Source of the DNA: Octopus sinensis
Taxonomy: Eukaryota
Direction: 5' to 3'
Length of the DNA: 64,000 bases
NCBI RefSeq assembly: GCF_006345805.1
Contig: NC_043026.1
Location: 10,726,001-10,790,000 of the forward strand
Shown piece after piece: positions 56,100-64,000 of the stretch. The notes below the pieces were generated by a model that made no database searches, had not been told where the DNA came from, and saw nothing but the letters and a program-made list of their open reading frames with translations. Position numbers and translations under genes: made by a program. Each line of letters begins with the position of its first letter. Positions within the stretch are counted from its first letter, which is position 1.

Positions 56100-56719
56100 C
56101 GTGTGATATATAATGAAAAACACATCGTCATGAGCAAATTTACTGCAGTATTTGTACAGAGGTGAAATCACTTATTGACGTGCTGTGTTTAAAAGCACAA
56201 TATGTATCGGAGGGAGACGAAAATCGTTCCAACAGCGGCGTGTGAAACCACTACATGCATTTCTATCCTGTTAGGCGTTCTGTTAATTGCGTATACTCAC
56301 AACCAGCCACTTACTTAGAGAAGATATTTCCCACAGATATATAGGTAAACAATGAATAAACAATCACAGGTGTTGCTAATAGATGCGCGGATCAATAAAG
56401 ACCCCTTATATGCCATGCAGGTAGTATTTGATTAAAAGAGCCAATTATCTATCACATTTAATATAAATACATCGATATGCTAATTTACTGCCGTACTCTT
56501 CAAGAATATATGCAGCGTAAGTGTCTGTGTGTATACACACCTGTTCAATTGGAAGATGGTTCCAGATATCAAGTATTGGATGTCGGAAGAAATTCGGACA
56601 ATAGATACCACTGCATTTGTCCACATTCCAAGTTGAAGGACTTCCTATATTGAGGAAGGAATTATAGATTGACGAATTTGCTCCTTTTGATATGGCATAG
56701 GCTTTAATCCATTCACTTC
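51486..56719 (-). CDS. Paralog D, exons 2-5: 56541-56719, 55590-55753, 53589-53755, 51486-51529. First coding exon not located; the exon-3 acceptor is GG, so D may be a pseudogene
   Basis: [59 protein letters not shown] | VKLVLYKNHADIVTMAFDGRNTTLQSWFSLNNLKSSPWTDL | NLRGFYVAEARGSCLTHRGWLVMMDG...YSETNLSTMWHD | GYGEADSMAIFIQL*. Phases match B and C, with no stops. AATAAA at 51298-51303 (-). Confidence 0.8.
52570..52669 (-). pseudogene. 100-bp copy of part of paralog C exon 1 inside D intron 4
   Basis: Matches ~34297-34396 with one visible substitution (cca/cct); encodes VTSDQEAYYKSLGPGYTYAYLQTSPTEQFFSTR. Confidence 0.85.
53322..53486. mobile_element. Palindromic MITE-like hairpin (~67-bp arms, ~30-bp spacer)
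   Basis: gtatactagccatctcaatatggctaaccactaag.gtgggtgttactgtagctt.tagccccaggag ... followed by its reverse complement ending ggctagtatac. Confidence 0.8.
54448..54841 (+). mobile_element. Full-length tRNA-derived SINE nested in another SINE, with an 11-bp TSD
   Basis: Head ggaggcgcaatggcccagtggttagggcagcgg...ggtttcgattcc (A/B boxes); TSD tggtcgataaa at 54437-54447 and 54842-54852. Confidence 0.88.
54950..55215 (-). mobile_element. tRNA-derived SINE
   Basis: The minus strand begins gtggaggcacatggcctagtggttagagcagtggactcgcggtcgagggacggcaggttcgaatc. Confidence 0.7.
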
Positions 56720-56723
56720 CTGA

Positions 56724-56763
<40 letters not shown>

Positions 56764-56767
56764 TTAA

Positions 56768-56861
<94 letters not shown>

Positions 56862-57247
56862 GAAAAAGAAAGAAGAGTGCCATTGTCATCAGGTGATGAC
56901 AATGGCACGTTTCTTTTTTGCTTCTATATCTTGAGGAATTACCCCAATTCTATAAATATTAGCCAAAATGAAGTAGATGGACACGTTTATTTCTTGAACC
57001 TGTGGATGACACACGAGATGTCGAAATATCGTTCACTTGATAACAATGGGACACTTCCTCCCCCACCCCAGCTTTCAGTCATACTATAACGTCTCTTATC
57101 CTTCATTCACCCTAGGATGCTGGGTGTGCCTCGTCAAGTGATTGTAACAAACATGCAGATTAAAAGTAATAATAATAATAATAATAATATAATAATAATA
57201 ATAATAATAATAATAAAATAAGTAATAATAATGATAATTAATAATAA

Positions 57248-57284
<37 letters not shown>

Positions 57285-57309
57285 GTAATAATAATAATAA
57301 TAAATAATA

Positions 57310-57345
<36 letters not shown>

Positions 57346-57347
57346 TG

Positions 57348-57378
<31 letters not shown>

Positions 57379-57401
57379 TAATAATAATGATAATAATAAT
57401 A

Positions 57402-57945
57402 ATGAAGTACCAGGCTGTGGCGCTCATGGCTTCTGATCTTAACTGATTGGAAGTGTTATCATGTACATTGTTTTGTCTTGGTATAAAAGATGGGCTACAG
57501 CAAATATTCTGCTCAATACCACAGATTTGCTTGTCAGTTGTTTGACCTTAACCAGTTGAGCATGTCCCTTAGTGGCTGACGATATGTGCATCACTGATCA
57601 CGAGCAGAAGTAGTGGGGGAGCATCATAGCCATGTGTTGAGAGGGATTCTTTGGGGTTTGAATAATTCACCTCTGGAAACATGGGTGGTTCTTTGAACAT
57701 CCTTAAACAACCCTTATTCAGGGACCTTTTGAGCGTGATGGGCTACTCAACCTGAAGTAAATTCTTACAGGGCCCCACCTGCAAGGTCATGTGCTGTTTA
57801 TCTTGATATGAGATCACCATGTCGCGCACATATGGTTGTGATGCATGTGCCTGGTGTACCCTTATCAGACGGGTAGTCATGATGGGTATATTGGGATTCG
57901 TATATTTTACCCCAGTGTCACTTTGATGGCATACACTGCTCTCTC
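57402..57945 (+). mobile_element. Interspersed repeat (SINE/LINE-tail-like) between (AAT)n tracts
   Basis: Homologous to 3851-4075. Confidence 0.6.
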
Positions 57946-57949
57946 ACTC

Positions 57950-57956
57950 AATAATG

Positions 57957-57999
<43 letters not shown>

Positions 58000-58430
58000 A
58001 AACATGAACAAAGAGAGAGAGATAGAAAGGAAAAATACACTTACCCTTGCTCCATATGACTTTAAATTTGCTGTCTGAATAACGGATAAAAGGGTAGTGG
58101 TTTGAGGTATCAAACGGACAATACAGTGAGCCCTCATTGACGGTCAACCAGCCATTGTCTCCTGCACAACCAGAGTGATGTGTTATGTAGAAGCGGCGCT
58201 TACTCCTGTGAAAGAAGTAAAAGTTGTTTGAGTTTCGGGAACAGAAAATCTAAATGTCCAGTGACTATACAACTATGTCCGTTGCACGCAACTGAACCAG
58301 TCAATATTTAATTAAAATGGCAACCTGTGTATCATATTAGTACTCAGTAGGTACTTATTTTATCAATACCGAAAAGGTGAAAGGCAAACTCGACCCAGGC
58401 AGAATTGGCACTCAGAATGTAAAGAGGCGG
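57950..58430 (-). pseudogene. Inverted duplicate of paralog C exon 4 (exon copy 58045-58205) with intron flanks, upstream of D exon 2
   Basis: Near-identical to ~47140-47640. Acceptor and GTAAGT donor are intact; one missense change (GPL to GSL). Confidence 0.85.
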
Positions 58431-58594
58431 TTGTCTACCGTGAAATATAAAATAATTTTTTACAGCTTATCGTCCTTCGATACAAAAAAATCCACAACCT
58501 TCCTCTTCAAGAAACCACCATTGTTCCTGAAAGTCGCTTTTTATATTTACAACTGATTGCTTGAAGCTAAGTCTCTTCCTACATTTCGATCCTT

Positions 58595-58612
58595 GGGTCT
58601 TTCACACACACA

Positions 58613-58661
<49 letters not shown>

Positions 58662-58714
58662 GCACGCGCACACACACACACACACACGCACACGCACACA
58701 CACACACCCACACA

Positions 58715-58773
<59 letters not shown>

Positions 58774-59085
58774 ACACACACACACACACACACACGCGCA
58801 CACACACACACCACACACAAACACACACCACACAGAGACACACACACACACGCACGCACACAACAACACACACACACACACAACACACACACACACACAC
58901 GCCACGCACACACACACACACACACGCACACACACACACGCACACGTACACACGCACACACACACACACGCGCGCGCGGCACACACACACACACACACGC
59001 ACACACACACACACGCACACACACACACACGCGCACACACACACACGCACACACACCACACGCACACACGCACACACACAATATA
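58595..59085. repeat. (CA)n/(CG) compound microsatellite
   Basis: Direct inspection; source of the HT/CV pseudo-ORFs. Confidence 0.95.
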
Positions 59086-59374
59086 TACATAGATACGCAA
59101 AATAAGTTGTGAGAAAACCCACTTACTTATGACTTAGTTAAGGGGCAGACCCTATCCTTTAGTTCGTTTATTGTGGGGTAGATGTCAGGACTGTTCCTTA
59201 ATGTCTCCACTTTTCTTTGCGCTCTCTCTCTCTCTACTCTCTTCTACTGTCAATATTTTCCTCAATTATTCACAGTTGTGTCTACCGATGTCAAAACTCT
59301 TCATAAATTAGTCATGTGACCACGATTTGCTTATTCAGGTGTGTCCATAAATATATATATATATTATATATATA

Positions 59375-59880
59375 CTAGCGGTATCGCCCGGCGTTGCTCG
59401 GATTTGTAAGGGAAATAACTATATAAGCATTTTTTAGAGAGTTTACTTCCCTTATAGATGCCAATTCGGCTTTCTTAGCCATTTCTGTTTTGGTGTCTTC
59501 AAGCCATGAAGTCGTTGTTCTAAAAGAACGCTGGTCTCCTTGACAACGCTTTACGACGTTGATTCCTTACACTCCCTTCCCCACAGCTTCACGAGGGAGG
59601 GAAGAAGGGGGAGAAGCAAGAAGGTGCAGGTTGACCATGGACGCCAACTCCGCCGCCATCGACACACGAAAAATTATGCATTAAATGGAATAAAAAATGA
59701 TGTTTAATTATTTTTAAAATTGTAGACTCATCGTAGACGCGCGCTAATTGCCAGACGGGCTCGATATGAATCACGACTATAAGATACCCGAATTTGGTTA
59801 AACTGCACCGCAAAATGTGGGAGTAGTTAGGATTCTAAATCGAAGGGGACAGACACTCACACAACTACAGTTTTATATAT
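59375..59880 (-). mobile_element. Non-autonomous Helitron
   Basis: Reverse complement of 29240-29751; CTAG at 59375-59378. Confidence 0.8.
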
Positions 59881-60123
59881 ATATAGATATGTTTCTTTAT
59901 TAGCCACAAGGGGCTAAACACAGAGGGGACAAACAAGGACAGACAAAGGGGTTAAGTCGATTACATCGACCCCCAGTGCGAAAATGGTACTTTATTTATC
60001 GACCCCGAAAGGATGAAAGGCAAAGTCAACCTCGGCGGAATTTGAACACAGAACGTAACGACAGACGAAATACCGCTAAGCATTTCGCCCGGCGTGCTAA
60101 CGATTCTGCCAGCTTGCCGCCTT

Positions 60124-60211
<88 letters not shown>

Positions 60212-60266
60212 ATTTAAGGTTGTGTGTGCATTGTGAACAGAGTGAAATTTTCTATTGCTGTCTAAC

Positions 60267-60324
60267 CTCCAGAACAACTTTGATCCAGCAGAGCTATGAT
60301 CAGAAGCGTTCCAAACGTGACCAT
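60267..60324 (-). CDS. Candidate signal-peptide-only first coding exon for paralog D (MVTFGTLLIIALLDQSCSG|G)
   Basis: 58 nt ending in phase 1 at a GTTAGA donor, compatible with the phase-1 start of D exon 2. Short hydrophobic core and small residues at the C-end. No homology support. Confidence 0.25.
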
Positions 60325-60974
60325 CTCATTCTTTGTTCAGACATAATGTATTTATGGCTACATCGTTATATATTAGAAGTATATATATATAAAGATTAAT
60401 CAGCCGACATAACTACGAGATCCGTTCTGACTGAAGACTGAGGGGTTCGAATGTCCTGTCCATGTTTATTGTATCGTCTTCTATGAGTTTTACGTTCTTG
60501 TCATGTTGTATTTTCTACATCCTTAATTATATATATATCTATTATATATCTGTGGTGTGTGTGTGTGTCTGTATTTATGTCCCCCCCCCAACCTCGCTTA
60601 CAACCGATGCTGGTGTGTCTACGTCCCCGTAACTTAGCGGTTCGGTAAAGAGACCGATAGAATAAGTACTGGGCTTACAAAAGAGTAAGTCCTGGGGTCG
60701 ATTTGCTCGACTAAAGGCGGTGCTCCAGCATGGCCAAAGTCAAATGACTGAAACAAGTAAAAGAGTAAAAGAATAAATTAGCAAAACACACAGACAGTCC
60801 ACTGGTGTTAGTAGCATCCACTTAAAAAAAGCGTTTTTACTAATATGCCACTACTTCTCCACTCGAGTCAAAATGCACCAAGCTTTTCGGTTCGTATTAT
60901 TTGATTGTTAAGAAGAGAGAAAAAACTTGAATAGAGACATGCGCTTCATTAAAGATTAACAAAATACCTTTAAG

Positions 60975-61074
60975 NNNNNNNNNNNNNNNNNNNNNNNNNN
61001 NNNNNNNNNNNNNNNNNNNNNNNNNNNNNNNNNNNNNNNNNNNNNNNNNNNNNNNNNNNNNNNNNNNNNNNNNN
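60975..61074. other. Assembly gap (100 N, true size unknown)
   Basis: Run of exactly 100 N. Confidence 0.99.
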
Positions 61075-63990
<2,916 letters not shown>

Positions 63991-64000
63991 CCCAAGGTGA

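Noticed and set aside
52570-58205. One scrambled gene with exons in reverse order (exon-1 piece, exon 3, exon 4 copy)
   Set aside because: Resolved as a correctly ordered minus-strand gene D (exons 2-5) plus two separate C-derived insertions.
58557-59122. HT/CV-repeat ORFs of 160-190 aa (also YI, SIYL and CV repeats elsewhere)
   Set aside because: They are translations of dinucleotide and tetranucleotide microsatellites.

Overview
Repeat-dense eukaryotic DNA, AT-rich, with long microsatellites and one 100-N gap. The tRNA-derived SINEs and LINE families look like those of octopod cephalopods (Octopus-like); this is an inference from repeat recognition. None of the long six-frame ORFs made of poly-I/L/Y/T/H is a real gene. 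The real genes are spliced and form a cluster of four paralogs of an uncharacterised, probably secreted protein of about 290-300 aa, in orientations A(-), B(+), C(+), D(-). The protein has a signal peptide, a degenerate two-Cys PAN/Apple-like module, and a conserved ~185-aa C-terminal domain that I cannot name (motifs CxGxxCPNFFR, WFSxxNLxSSPWxDL, RxFY, GWL, YGxxDxxAIFI). B (302 aa) and C (291 aa) assemble into complete 5-exon ORFs with identical intron phases. D has exons 2-5, but its exon-3 acceptor reads GG. Only exon 1 of A is in the window, and it is frameshifted. A and B are head-to-head arms of an inverted duplication with a near-identical core. Near-identical pieces of C exon 1 and exon 4 sit inside D introns. 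The introns are packed with retroelements abutting (AAT/ATT)n: several R4/Dong-type RLE LINE families, a full-length degenerate Tx1/L1-clade element, further Tx1 fragments and a CR1-like LINE. Non-autonomous Helitrons, hAT and mariner MITEs, Penelope remnants and SINEs are also present.
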